A DNA stretch of 42,909 bases from Gammaproteobacteria bacterium (lineage in GTDB: Bacteria > Pseudomonadota > Gammaproteobacteria > GCA-001735895), in assembly GCA_029864185.1 (NCBI GenBank), contig JAOTTY010000003.1, positions 1-42,909 on the forward strand. The letters are read 5' to 3'. Both the position numbers and the translations under genes were made by a program. This document shows, piece after piece, positions 1 through 9,454 of the stretch. The stretch's first letter is position 1, and each line of letters begins with the position of its first letter. The notes below the pieces were generated by a model that made no database searches, was not told where the DNA came from, and worked only from the letters and a program-made list of their open reading frames with translations.

Positions 1-1047
1 CTGAACCGCGTCCGGCGAGCCGCTGGCATCCTTGAACGGCATTTCCAGCGTCATGACCGGCGCGTTGAAGCGTTCGGCGAGCGAGTTCGAGCAATAACTC
101 ATATTGGCTTTGCCGGCGGAATTGGGCGGGTAACCATGCTCGGTCTGAAAATCCGGATTGATATTCGCCAGCGTCATCTTGAACAGCTCGAGCCGCTGCT
201 GACGTTCCCGATTCCAGCCGGGAATACCCTCGGTACCGGCGATAAAATTGTACGGCAGCGCTTCGTCTCCGTGCACGTCCAGCCCGAAGTCCAGCCCCGT
301 TTGCCTGATTTTTTCGAGCACACAGAACACTTCCGGGCTCCTTTCGGGCGTCGGGTGATCCCATTCGCGGTTCAGGTTGGAGCCAGCCGCGTTGGTGCGC
401 AGATGCCCGCGACGGCTGCCGTCAGGGTTCATGTTCGGCACCAGGTAAATCACCGCCCTGTCGAGGATCGCGTTGACGACCGGGTCGCTGTAATCGACGA
501 GCCGGTTGATCAGTCCCTCCATCCACCATTCGGCCATGGTCTCGCCGGGGTGCTGACGCGCCACCATCCAGATTTTCCTGCGCGCAGCCTCATCCTCGCC
601 AAAACGCAGGCAGTCGATGGTTTGCCCGTCGAGGGTCATACCCAGGGTCTGCGCTTCGCAGCGATCGCTGCTCTGCGCAAACGCGATCAGATCGGCGTGC
701 CGCTCCATCGAATATGGGGCAAAATAAGCGAAGTAGACCTGGTCTGCGCTGCTGTTGTGTTCGATCACGAGGTTTTCGCCATCGAAGGAAGTGTCGACCC
801 GAAACCAGAATTCGCGATCGTAGCTCGCTACCGCCCGGTAATTCTCCCAGCCCTTCTGATAGGCCGCGCCGCCGGCGTTGCCGATGACATAGCGGCAATC
901 GATATCCTTTACGTTCGCGGCGCGAAAGTAAAACCACTGGTAAAAATCGGACTGGCTGTCCTTACGGATGCTGAGTAGCACGTTGGCCGGATCGCCGGGG
1001 TCGTTGCACTCGATATTACCGCCGTCAAACTGGCTGGAGATAATCAT
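1..1047 (-). CDS. M14-family cytosolic-type zinc carboxypeptidase (3' end runs off the window)
   Basis: Not in the ORF track. Manual translation from ATG at 1047 gives MIISSQFDGGNI...DFYQWFYFR...VARQHPGETM...VPNMNPDG...NLNREW...LDVHGDE...MTLEMPFKD, which contains the HxxE, NPDG, H and catalytic E motifs of M14 peptidases. Confidence 0.92.
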   Translation of the reverse strand, partial: MIISSQFDGGNIECNDPGDPANVLLSIRKDSQSDFYQWFYFRAANVKDIDCRYVIGNAGGAAYQKGWENYRAVASYDREFWFRVDTSFDGENLVIEHNSSADQVYFAYFAPYSMERHADLIAFAQSSDRCEAQTLGMTLDGQTIDCLRFGEDEAARRKIWMVARQHPGETMAEWWMEGLINRLVDYSDPVVNAILDRAVIYLVPNMNPDGSRRGHLRTNAAGSNLNREWDHPTPERSPEVFCVLEKIRQTGLDFGLDVHGDEALPYNFIAGTEGIPGWNRERQQRLELFKMTLANINPDFQTEHGYPPNSAGKANMSYCSNSLAERFNAPVMTLEMPFKDASGSPDAVQ

Positions 1048-1157
1048 TGTGTTTCTCGAATTCAGGGCTGTACGAAACTTGGCCGGAGTCAGAACTTTCT
1101 GGCGGAAAACTCCTGCTTCGGGTAAAAATTCGGGTCTTCGATATGAGAGAATACTGT

Positions 1158-2255
1158 ATGCGTTGGTTAATTTCGATTCCTTTGCTGTTTTTACTGTCCG
1201 GCTGCGCCGATATCGGCTACTACTGGAACAATGCCCGCGGTCACCTGGCGGTGATGGACAAGCGGATCGATATCGAAGATTTGCTCGCCGACGACGGAAT
1301 CGACCCCGAATTACACGAACGCCTCGTGCTGGTTCGGGAAATTCGCCGCTTTTCGATCGACCGCCTCGGGCTGCCCGAAAACGGCAGCTACCTCAGTTAC
1401 GTCGAACTGGAAAGGCCTTATGTGCTCCAGAACCTGTTCGCCGCCCCCGAATTTTCGACGCGATTGCAGCGTTGGTGCTACTTGGTAATTGGCTGCGCCA
1501 GTTACCGCGGATACTACGACGAACAGCGTTTGCTCGACTATGTCGACAAGTTGAAAGCCGAGGGCCTCGAGATTTACATCAGCCATGTCCCCGCCTACTC
1601 GACGCTCGGCTGGTTCGACGACCCGGTGCTAAGCAGCTTTGTCTACTGGCCGGACTACCGGCTCGCGGGCCTGATATTCCACGAGCTCACGCATCAGCAG
1701 GTTTATATCGACGACGATACCACCTTCAACGAATCGCTCGCGTCCGCCGTGCAGCAGGTCGGCACCGAGCTGTGGCTGCAGTCGCGCGACGACGCCGAGG
1801 AACTCGGACGCCTGTCGCGCTGGCTCGCCTACCGCGGTGAAGTGATAGCACTGATCGAATCCACGCGCGAACAGCTCGCCGGCATTTACCAGCGCGATAT
1901 CCCCGACGACCGGAAACGCGCGCTGAAATCGGCCGCTTTTGCCGCCGCGCGTGAAGCGCATACCCTGGTTGCGGAGAAACATGGAACCAGCGGGGGATTC
2001 ACTGCCTGGTTTGCCGATGAGCTCAATAATGCCAAGATCGGCTCGGTCGCGGCCTATAACGACGCGGTACCCGCCTTCGTCAACATGATTCGCGCGCATG
2101 AAGCGGATTTCGCCGCATTCTTTGACTATGCGGCGGCCATTGGCAGGCTCGATAAACAGCGTCGCGACACCTGCCTGCTGGCCTGGAAACAGGATTCCGG
2201 AGCTGCTGACGGTGTTTGCCCGAAAATCGGCGTGGACGAAGCTACTGCTTCTTGA
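1158..2255 (+). CDS. Putative zinc aminopeptidase lipoprotein (DUF2265/Aminopep family)
   Basis: Lipobox-like LLSGC, then YRGYY, AYSTLGWFDDP, HELTH (HExxH) followed by TTFNESLA, and LNNA motifs. Start chosen at MRWLISIP; ATG 1143 is an alternative. Confidence 0.85.
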   Translation: MRWLISIPLLFLLSGCADIGYYWNNARGHLAVMDKRIDIEDLLADDGIDPELHERLVLVREIRRFSIDRLGLPENGSYLSYVELERPYVLQNLFAAPEFSTRLQRWCYLVIGCASYRGYYDEQRLLDYVDKLKAEGLEIYISHVPAYSTLGWFDDPVLSSFVYWPDYRLAGLIFHELTHQQVYIDDDTTFNESLASAVQQVGTELWLQSRDDAEELGRLSRWLAYRGEVIALIESTREQLAGIYQRDIPDDRKRALKSAAFAAAREAHTLVAEKHGTSGGFTAWFADELNNAKIGSVAAYNDAVPAFVNMIRAHEADFAAFFDYAAAIGRLDKQRRDTCLLAWKQDSGAADGVCPKIGVDEATAS

Positions 2256-2556
2256 TGAAATGGGAATACTTCGTGTAAACCGTCTTGTAGTCTTCGAGGT
2301 TCTCTTCCAGCATCTGCTGGTACTGGCTAGCGAAAAACTCCCGCGCCCGCGGTAAATCCTTTTCGTAATCCTCGAGCGTATTGGCGTGCTGGGACACGAC
2401 ATGAGCGTTGTAACGCGCCGCGGCGTAAAGCAGGGCCAGTCCGACGTTTTCTGGGCTGTTGGTTTCGGCAAACTCGTTGGCGCGATCGATAAACAAATCG
2501 ATCATGCGCCGATAGATTTCATCGAGCTCCTCGTCGCTCAGGGATTTTTCGACCAT
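2242..2556 (-). CDS. DUF3144-like small helical protein
   Basis: FIDRANE...VGLALLYAAARYNA...QYQQMLEENLEDY pattern; AGGTAGAGG RBS-like sequence upstream. Confidence 0.8.
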   Translation of the reverse strand: MVEKSLSDEELDEIYRRMIDLFIDRANEFAETNSPENVGLALLYAAARYNAHVVSQHANTLEDYEKDLPRAREFFASQYQQMLEENLEDYKTVYTKYSHFIKKQ

Positions 2557-2593
2557 CTTTCCTCTACCTGTAATACGTAATTCGGGCGTAATT

Positions 2594-2725
2594 CGGGGAC
2601 AGTTTACTTAAAACGTCAATGCGGGGACAGTTTACTTAATTCCGAATTCCGGGGGAATTAAGTAAACTGTCCCCGCATTACTGTCCCGGGGGAATTAAGT
2701 AAACTGTCCCCGCATTACTGTCCCC
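2594..2725. repeat. Cluster of REP-like GGGGACAGTTTACTTAA repeats (inverted pair plus 37-bp tandem duplication)
   Basis: Forward copies start at 2594 and 2618. A perfect 26-bp inverted repeat spans 2618-2643 / 2654-2679. A 37-bp direct tandem unit spans 2649-2685 and 2686-2722. Confidence 0.9.
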
Positions 2726-3062
2726 GCCGATCGTCGACGAGGTGTCCGGCGATCATCTCGGTCAGTCCGAGCAGTTCTATATCCATTTCGTTGGCCTTGA
2801 CGCCGTCCTCCATCACCATGCGGCAATTGGAACAGGCGGTGACCACCTTTTCCACGTTGATTTCGTCGATCTGAGATTTCTTGCGATTGAACGCGGTGAA
2901 CTTCAGTTCCTTGGCGCGCTCGTTACTGCTGACGCCCCCGCCACCGCCGCAGCACCAGTTCATACTGCCATGGTGGTCCATCTCGACGAAGTTTTCCGTC
3001 ATCGGTCGTAGCAGGTTGCGCGGTTGCGCCTGGATACTGCCGCGCCGAACGATCGAACAGGC
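2715..3062 (-). pseudogene. C-terminal fragment of an HdrD/DsrK/TmcB-like (Fe-S)-binding CCG-domain protein
   Basis: Reads ACSIVRRGSIQAQPRNLLRPMTENFVEM...NWCCGGGGG...VVTACSNCR. This is the C-x(n)-CCG-x(n)-CxxC domain without its N-terminal ferredoxin and first CCG regions. Confidence 0.8.
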
Positions 3063-3354
3063 TTTGTTCGAGAAACACGACCTGCGGCGCCGCGAAAAAC
3101 AGCAGCGCGAACAGGCCCAGGTGGGACATGTAGCCAGCCACGAGCGGAATACCGATTTGCCGGCTGATTTCCCCGTGGGGAATAAAGCGGCTGAATACCG
3201 TTTTGAATGCGGCCGGGGCTGCCGCTACGCGCGCGACCGGCAGGTCCTGCGCGCGGCTGGCGAACACAATCGACCCCAGCTTCCAGACCACTCCGATGCC
3301 GAATACCGCGAGCGATGAGTAGCAGAGAAGTCCATCGACGAGATACTCGATCAT
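3063..3354 (-). pseudogene. N-terminal fragment of a NarI/DsrM/TmcC-like membrane cytochrome b
   Basis: MIEYLVDGLLCYSSLAVFGIGVVWKL...AGYMSHLGLFALLFFAAPQVVFL resembles the GYxxHxGL...PH family pattern. It runs out of homology near 3065, where the Fe-S fragment begins in another frame. ATG overlaps the upstream stop (ATGA). Confidence 0.7.
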
Positions 3355-4447
3355 TTTACCCGCTCCTCCGACGTGGCTACGGCGTCTGGCGCCGGTTTTT
3401 CACCCCGCAGCCGGGCAAACTTCGCGGCCGACAGTACCTGACCCTGCTCCTGACATTCCCTCCCCCAGCGGTCGTGATGGGCGTTAGCCCAGTTGGTATC
3501 GACATAGCCGGACGTCATTCCCTGCAGCGCCCCTCGATGCCGATGGTGCCCATGTACATGTGCCCCAGGGATCCCAGCATCAGCAGCAGGGAGCCGACGA
3601 CATGCACCAGGTGGGGTATTTCCATGATAACCCGCCCCTGACCAAAATTCAGAGAGACCAAAACAAGGCCGCTGATGGAAACCACGAGACCGAACAGAAT
3701 GACCATCCAGTACCAGATTTTCTCGCCCATGTTGAAGAAACCGACGCAGGGATGACCGTCGCCGATCAAGCCGCCGAGTCTCAGCAACCAGCCCAGGTCC
3801 CCCTGCTCGTAGAGATTGTGCCAGGTAAAACTGAACAGCATCGTCAGCAGTGATACCAGGAACAGCGGGCCAAACAGGTTGTGCCCCTCCTTGCTGGCCG
3901 AGGCGAACAGCGCGAAGACTTCCCTGCCAAAAAGCGGCAGTAACATGGATCGGCCGAGCAACAGGTTCAGCCCCGTAATCGCCAGAAACAGAAAAACGAT
4001 CGCAAGCGTCCAGTGCACGATGCGCTCGCAGTCGGTAAAGCGCCTGACAACGCGCCCCGACGGGCCACCCTCGATTTCGACTTTGCCACGCAACACGAAT
4101 ACCAGACCGAGGACAGCAAATTCTCCCACCAGGGCCTAGGAAACGGTTTTGGTAACCTCGTTGATTCTAAATCGCGCCCATTGATCACCGCGCGCATCGA
4201 TCAGGGCGCCGGTTTCGACCCCCTTGACCTGGCTAACTCCATCGATAACCCGGCCACCGCGCTGCCGGACCTCGCGCCAGAAATCGCCTCCCGGATTGAT
4301 CGACGAAACTCCCTGCGGATACTGCTGTGGTTCTGGCGGAATATTGCTGGCGCCCGCAATTTGCGGCGATGGAAAAGCGATTACGAGTAATAGTGTCGCG
4401 ATCAGTCCCAAATACCAGGGAGTCGGAAGCGAGGATCGATATAACAA
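3351..4447 (-). pseudogene. Disrupted paralog of formate dehydrogenase gamma (cytochrome b556-like) subunit
   Basis: ORFs 4136..4447 and 3515..4129 are in the same frame, separated by TAG at 4136-4138. A frameshift near 3530 continues as ALQGMTSGYVDTNWANAHHDRW...ERVK* to 3351. The whole aligns by eye with the intact gene at 4567..5592. Confidence 0.88.
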
Positions 4448-4523
4448 GGTTTTTCCCGCCAGATCATAACCGCGGGCAGCATAATGCAGGAGCCTGGAGC
4501 TTCAAGCTCAATCGTGCTTTTTA

Positions 4524-4537
4524 TTGATCCAGGGCAA
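4524..4537. promoter_or_regulatory. Possible FNR/CRP-family box upstream of the decayed cytochrome b operon
   Basis: TTGAT-CCAG-GGCAA versus consensus TTGAT-N4-ATCAA (one perfect half-site), about 80 bp upstream of the 4447 start. Confidence 0.4.
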
Positions 4538-4566
4538 CCTGGACCATTGGTAATATTAACCGGCGA

Positions 4567-5592
4567 TCAGGCCGTATCGGTAGATCCTCGCTGTGCCATG
4601 CCGGCTTTCGCGACGGACTGAACCTGCTCTTCCGGCTGTGCGGAATCCTTGACCTTCTCATACCAGAGGTCATGGTGGTCCTTCGCCCAGTTGGCATCGC
4701 AGTAACCCGTCTGCATGACTTCGAAGGTCGCTTCGAGCGCCGCGGTGCCCATGTAGATATGCCCGAAAGACACGACGATCAGGACCACGGCCGATACGCT
4801 GTGCACGAAATGATAAAACTCCATCGTCGCACGGGTTTGCCCAAAGATCGGAAAGTCGAGCACGAGGCCGCTGACGATGACGGCCAGGCCGCCGATCGCC
4901 GCAAGCCAGAACCAGGCCTTTTCCCCGGCATTGTAGCGGTCGGAATGGGCATGCTTGCCGAACAAACCACCCCCACTCAGCAACCATTGCAGGTCCAGCT
5001 TCGGCGAGGGCATGTTATCGCGCACGAACAGCACGAACAGCCAGGTCAGCGCAAACACGAACAGCGGACCGAGGTAATCGTGCAGGAATTTCGCTACCAC
5101 CGCGATATTACTGAAACCCTCCGCGCCAAACACGGGGATCAAAAATTTTCGGCCCAAAAGCAGCGTCAGACCGGTCAGACCAAGTATCACGAACAGGGTG
5201 GCCGTCGACCAGTGTGCGAGGCGCTGATTGGTCGTAAAGCGCAGAATCTTGAGGCCGGATCGCCCCTCCGACAACTTGATATTGCCGCGCAATAGCCGGA
5301 AAACCAGGATCGTCAGCAGCACGATAAGGATAGCCGCGCCGGCAATCGGGATTAGCTGCTGCATGCGGTACTGACGCCAGTTTTCCCCGGAAACGTTGAT
5401 CAATATATCGGCATCGGTCGACTTGACCTGGGTGACGCCGCGCACTTCACCGTTACGCTGGCGTATTTCGTTCCAGAGCTCGATGCCTGGATCTGAGGTA
5501 TACAGACTGGGAGGCGGTGGTGGCGGGGCCGCCTGTACCTGGAATACCGACGCAATCAAGCAGAACACCACCAACAATGTATGAATTCTCAC
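4567..5592 (-). CDS. Formate dehydrogenase subunit gamma (cytochrome b)
   Basis: Signal peptide, RF...QRLAHW, FLHDYLG, RYNAGEK, FVHS, FGHIYMGT and GYCDANWAKDHH motifs; downstream of the alpha and beta genes. Confidence 0.93.
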   Translation of the reverse strand: MRIHTLLVVFCLIASVFQVQAAPPPPPPSLYTSDPGIELWNEIRQRNGEVRGVTQVKSTDADILINVSGENWRQYRMQQLIPIAGAAILIVLLTILVFRLLRGNIKLSEGRSGLKILRFTTNQRLAHWSTATLFVILGLTGLTLLLGRKFLIPVFGAEGFSNIAVVAKFLHDYLGPLFVFALTWLFVLFVRDNMPSPKLDLQWLLSGGGLFGKHAHSDRYNAGEKAWFWLAAIGGLAVIVSGLVLDFPIFGQTRATMEFYHFVHSVSAVVLIVVSFGHIYMGTAALEATFEVMQTGYCDANWAKDHHDLWYEKVKDSAQPEEQVQSVAKAGMAQRGSTDTA

Positions 5593-5687
5593 GACTCTCG
5601 ACCTATTTTTGTTGTACCGCGGGCTCCGCCGGACAGGCTCGATACGTCCCTGTATCGAGTTTATTCGTCCCGGTGCGAACCGACCCG

Positions 5688-6275
5688 TTAAAGCTTGGCT
5701 TTATCGAAGTTCACACCCCACTCGAAGGCGCTGGCGCCTCGATTGATCACGCGCTTGCGGTAGATATCCGATAGCACGTCGGCATCGCCGGCCAGCAGCG
5801 CATGGGTCGAGCACATTTCCGCGCACAGCGGCAGCTTGCCCTCGGAAAGGCGGTTGCGGCCATACTTCTTGTACTCCTCCGAGCTGTTGTCGTCCTCCGG
5901 ACCACCCGCGCAGAAAGTACACTTGTCCATCTTGCCGCGCGACGAGAAGGCCGCTTCTTCGGGAAACTGCGGCGCGCCGAACGGGCAGGCGTAAAAGCAG
6001 TAACCGCAACCGATGCAGATATCCTTGTCGTGCAGCACGATGCCGTCGCCGGTGGTGTAAAAACAGTCCACCGGGCAAACCGCGGCGCAGGGCGCGTCGG
6101 AACAATGCATGCAGGCCACCGACAGCGAGCGCTCGCCCTGTTCGCCATCCTTGATCGTGACCACGCGACGCCGGTTGACTCCCCACGGGATATCGTGCTC
6201 GTTCTTGCAGGCGGTTACGCAGGCGTTACATTCGATGCAGCGTTCCGCGTCGCAATAAAATTTCATTCTAGCCAT
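5688..6275 (-). CDS. fdh3B: Formate dehydrogenase FDH3-type iron-sulfur beta subunit
   Basis: MARMKFYCDAERCIECNACVTACKNEH start, four CxxCxxC-type clusters, GKMDKCTFCAGG and GRNRLSEGKLPLCAEMC. Confidence 0.95.
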   Translation of the reverse strand: MARMKFYCDAERCIECNACVTACKNEHDIPWGVNRRRVVTIKDGEQGERSLSVACMHCSDAPCAAVCPVDCFYTTGDGIVLHDKDICIGCGYCFYACPFGAPQFPEEAAFSSRGKMDKCTFCAGGPEDDNSSEEYKKYGRNRLSEGKLPLCAEMCSTHALLAGDADVLSDIYRKRVINRGASAFEWGVNFDKAKL

Positions 6276-6292
6276 TTTCTAATCCCCCCTGC

Positions 6293-9184
6293 TTAAGCTT
6301 TGGTTATGCGACAAAGGCTGCATTTCGATTCCTGCATCTGCGTCACGGAATCGTAGCCATAGGTAAACGCCGTATTGGCCGCCTCACCCAGAACGTAGGG
6401 ATCGGCACCCTCGGGGTACTTGCTCCTCAGATCCTTGCCCTGGAAATGCCCGGCGAAGTGGAACGGCATGAACGCTACCCCGGAGCCGACGCGGCGGGTT
6501 ACCATCGCCTTGACCTTGACCTTCGCGGACTCGGCGCCCTCGACCCAGACGTCGTCACCATCCTTGATGCCGGCATTGTTGGCGTCGCGCGGGTGGATTT
6601 CGACGAACATGTCCTGTTGCAGTTCGGCCAGCCACTTGTTGGAGCGGGATTCGTCGCCACCGCCCTCGTACTCGACCAGTCGACCCGAGGTCAGAATGAT
6701 CGGGTAATCCTTGGAATAGTCGGTCGCCTGGATCGACTGGTAGCGGGTCGGCAATCTCCAGAAGGACTTGCGATCGTCGTAGGTCGGATATTTCTCGACC
6801 AGGTCACGTCGCGACGTGTACAGCGGTTCGCGGTGAATCGGCACCGGATCCGGGAAGGTCCAGACGACGGTTCGCGCCTTGGCGTTACCGAACGGCGCAC
6901 AACCATGCTTGATCGCAACGCGCTGGATACCTCCGGACAGGTCGGTTTTCCAGTTCTTACCGTCGGCCGCCTTCTGCTCTTCCGGGGTCAGGTCGTTCCA
7001 CCAGCCGAGTTTCTTCAACACTTCGTGGCTGAACTCGGGGTAACCATCCTTGATTTCGGAGCCCTTGCTATAAGAGCCCTCGGCGAGCAGGTTGGTGCCA
7101 TTGCGCTCGACACCGAACCGGGCCCTGAAAGTCAGGCCGCCATCGGCAACCGCCTTCGAGGTATCGTAGAGATTCGGCGTCCCGGGATGATTCATCTCGG
7201 CGGTACCCCACGACGGCCACGGCAGACCGTAGTAATCGCCATCGGCGGGTCCGCCCTCGGCCTTGAGGCTGGTGTAATCGAAAGTACCCCAGTTTTCCTG
7301 ATGCTTCTTCAGGCGCTCCGGGCTCTGACCGGTATAACCGATGGTCCACATGCCGCTGTTGATTTCGCGCAGCACGTCCTCGACCAGCGGCTCTTCGCCG
7401 TTGACCTTGATGTTCTTGAACATCTGGTCGGCAACGCCTAGTTTCTTCGCGAGCTTGTACATGATGACGTGGTCAGGCAGCGACTCGAACAGCGGGTCGA
7501 TGACTTTGGAGCGCCATTGCAGCGAGCGGTTGGAGGCGGTAACCGAACCGTAGGTTTCCATTTGCGTTGAAGCCGGCAGCAGGTAGATCCCGTCGGTGCG
7601 GTCTGGCATGACCGCTGATGCCGTCGGATAAGGATCGATGACGACCATCAACTCCAGTTTTTCCATCGCCTTTTTCTGCTCGACGCCGCGGGTCTGGCTG
7701 TTGGGCGCGTGGCCCCAGAACAGCATCGCCTTGAGGATGTCTTTCTGGGCGACGTTTTCCGGGGTTTCGAGCACGCCGTCGATCCAGCGCGACACCGGGA
7801 TGCCGGTGGAATTCATGACGTGCACGTCCTTGCCGCCTTTCTGCTCGTAGCTGCCGTTGTCGAAGCGGCCCTTGACCCAATCGAAGTCGAGATCCCAGAC
7901 GCGCGCCCAGTGCTTCCATGAACCCTCGGCCAGGCCATAGTAGCCGGGCAGGGTATTGGACAGGACGCCGAGGTCGGTCGCACCCTGCACGTTGTCGTGA
8001 CCGCGGAAAATATTCGCGCCGCCGCCGGATACGCCCATGTTGCCGAGCGCCAGCTGGAACGCGCAGTAGGCGCGGGTATTATTGTTACCGATGGTGTGCT
8101 GGGTGCCGCCCATGCACCAGATGAAGGTGCCGGGCCGATTGTCGGCCATCGCCTTGGCGGCGGCATAAACCTGGTCTTCCGGAACGCCGGTGACATTCTC
8201 GACCTCCTTCGGATTCCATTTCTTGACCTCGGCCATGACCTCGTCCATGCCGTAAACGCGCTGGCGAATGAACTGCTTGTCTTCCCAGCCGTTCTCGAAG
8301 ATATGCCACATCATGCCCCAGATGATACCGACGTCGGTACCGGGACGGATGCGCAGGTAATGGTCGGCATGCGCCGCGGTGCGGGTATAACGCGGATCGA
8401 TGACGATCACCGGCGCGTTGTTTTCTTCCTTGGCCTTGAAGATATGCTGCAGCGAAACCGGGTGCGCCTCGGTCGGGTTGGAACCGATCAACAGTATCGA
8501 TTTCGAGTTATGGATGTCGTTGTACGAATTGGTCATCGCACCGTAACCCCAGGTATTGGCTACCCCGGCTACCGTGGTCGAGTGGCAGATACGCGCCTGG
8601 TGATCGACGTTGTTGGTGCCCCACATCGCCGCGAACTTGCGGAACAGGTAAGCCTGCTCGTTGCTATGCTTGGCGGAGCCGAGCCAGAACACCGAGTCGG
8701 GTCCGGACTTTTCGCGAATCTCGAGCATCTTGTCGCCGATTTCGTTGATCGCCTCGTCCCAGGAAATTTTCTTCCATTTGCCGTCGACCAGCTTGGTCGG
8801 ATACTTGAGGCGGCGCTCGCCATGCCCGTGCTCGCGAATCGACGCGCCCTTGGCACAGTGCGCACCCTTGTTGAAGGGGTGATCGAAAGCCGGTTCCTGG
8901 CCGGTCCACACGCCGTTCTGTACTTCGGCAATAATGCCGCAACCGACCGAGCAATGGGTACAGACCGTCTTTACCTGCTCGATTTTACCGCCGGTGTTGG
9001 AGACCGCGGCGTCGGCTTTTTTCATCATCACCGGCGTAATCGTGGTCGCCAGCGCGGCGCCCCCGGCCATCAGGCCTGAATTTCGCAGGAAGGTCCGGCG
9101 ACTGATCGCCCCGGGCATCGCTTGCTTGAAATCGACGGTAACGCTGTTATCGATCTTACTGGACGTCTTGGTTAATTTTCTCAT
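6293..9184 (-). CDS. fdhA: Formate dehydrogenase alpha subunit (Tat-exported, Mo/W-bis-PGD, Cys-ligated)
   Basis: Tat motif SRRTFLR, CTHCSVGC...HCAKG [4Fe-4S] site, DHQARICHS active-site Cys/His, RGHDNVQGATD. Start at MRKLTK (ATG 9184) behind a G-rich RBS. Confidence 0.96.
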   Translation of the reverse strand: MRKLTKTSSKIDNSVTVDFKQAMPGAISRRTFLRNSGLMAGGAALATTITPVMMKKADAAVSNTGGKIEQVKTVCTHCSVGCGIIAEVQNGVWTGQEPAFDHPFNKGAHCAKGASIREHGHGERRLKYPTKLVDGKWKKISWDEAINEIGDKMLEIREKSGPDSVFWLGSAKHSNEQAYLFRKFAAMWGTNNVDHQARICHSTTVAGVANTWGYGAMTNSYNDIHNSKSILLIGSNPTEAHPVSLQHIFKAKEENNAPVIVIDPRYTRTAAHADHYLRIRPGTDVGIIWGMMWHIFENGWEDKQFIRQRVYGMDEVMAEVKKWNPKEVENVTGVPEDQVYAAAKAMADNRPGTFIWCMGGTQHTIGNNNTRAYCAFQLALGNMGVSGGGANIFRGHDNVQGATDLGVLSNTLPGYYGLAEGSWKHWARVWDLDFDWVKGRFDNGSYEQKGGKDVHVMNSTGIPVSRWIDGVLETPENVAQKDILKAMLFWGHAPNSQTRGVEQKKAMEKLELMVVIDPYPTASAVMPDRTDGIYLLPASTQMETYGSVTASNRSLQWRSKVIDPLFESLPDHVIMYKLAKKLGVADQMFKNIKVNGEEPLVEDVLREINSGMWTIGYTGQSPERLKKHQENWGTFDYTSLKAEGGPADGDYYGLPWPSWGTAEMNHPGTPNLYDTSKAVADGGLTFRARFGVERNGTNLLAEGSYSKGSEIKDGYPEFSHEVLKKLGWWNDLTPEEQKAADGKNWKTDLSGGIQRVAIKHGCAPFGNAKARTVVWTFPDPVPIHREPLYTSRRDLVEKYPTYDDRKSFWRLPTRYQSIQATDYSKDYPIILTSGRLVEYEGGGDESRSNKWLAELQQDMFVEIHPRDANNAGIKDGDDVWVEGAESAKVKVKAMVTRRVGSGVAFMPFHFAGHFQGKDLRSKYPEGADPYVLGEAANTAFTYGYDSVTQMQESKCSLCRITKA

Positions 9185-9200
9185 GCTGCAACCCCCCAGG

Positions 9201-9407
9201 TTATACGTCGGCAGACTTGTAGTAATCGAGGACATGCTGGGTTAGCTGGTAACCCTTCTGTGCTGGCTTTTCGACCTCATCGCTGGACATATCGGCGATA
9301 GCGACGGTACTGACCATCGTTGTGGCTGCCACGCCTGCTCCGACGAGGGTGGACTTCTTGATAAATGCTCTGCGTTCCTGGTCCTTGGGCTGATTTTTAC
9401 TTTTCAC
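9201..9407 (-). CDS. Small twin-arginine protein of the formate dehydrogenase region
   Basis: ERRAFIK Tat motif, hydrophobic stretch, C-terminal GYQLTQHVLDYYKSA; GTG start behind GGAGGAG. Confidence 0.88.
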   Translation of the reverse strand: MKSKNQPKDQERRAFIKKSTLVGAGVAATTMVSTVAIADMSSDEVEKPAQKGYQLTQHVLDYYKSADV

Positions 9408-9454
9408 GTGTTGCTCCTCCACAGGGTAATAGAGTATTTCGGTTGTATTATGTA

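Noticed and set aside
136-978. 280-aa plus-strand ORF
   Set aside because: It is the antisense shadow of the M14 carboxypeptidase and has no recognisable motifs.
2594-2725. Possible mini CRISPR array
   Set aside because: The copies are in both orientations, there are no unique equal-length spacers, and no cas genes are present. A REP-like element fits better.
4136-4138. In-frame TAG as pyrrolysine or other programmed read-through
   Set aside because: The same gene also has a frameshift and the downstream genes are deleted or fused. A simple nonsense mutation (e.g. TGG to TAG) is more parsimonious, and no pyl genes are seen.
5638-5659. Hairpin CTCGATAC-N6-GTATCGAG between FDH beta and gamma as a terminator
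   Set aside because: There is no U-tract on the coding (minus) strand. At most it is an mRNA-stability element.
6293-9184. Selenocysteine-containing FDH
   Set aside because: The active-site codon is TGC (RICHS) and the frame has no internal TGA.
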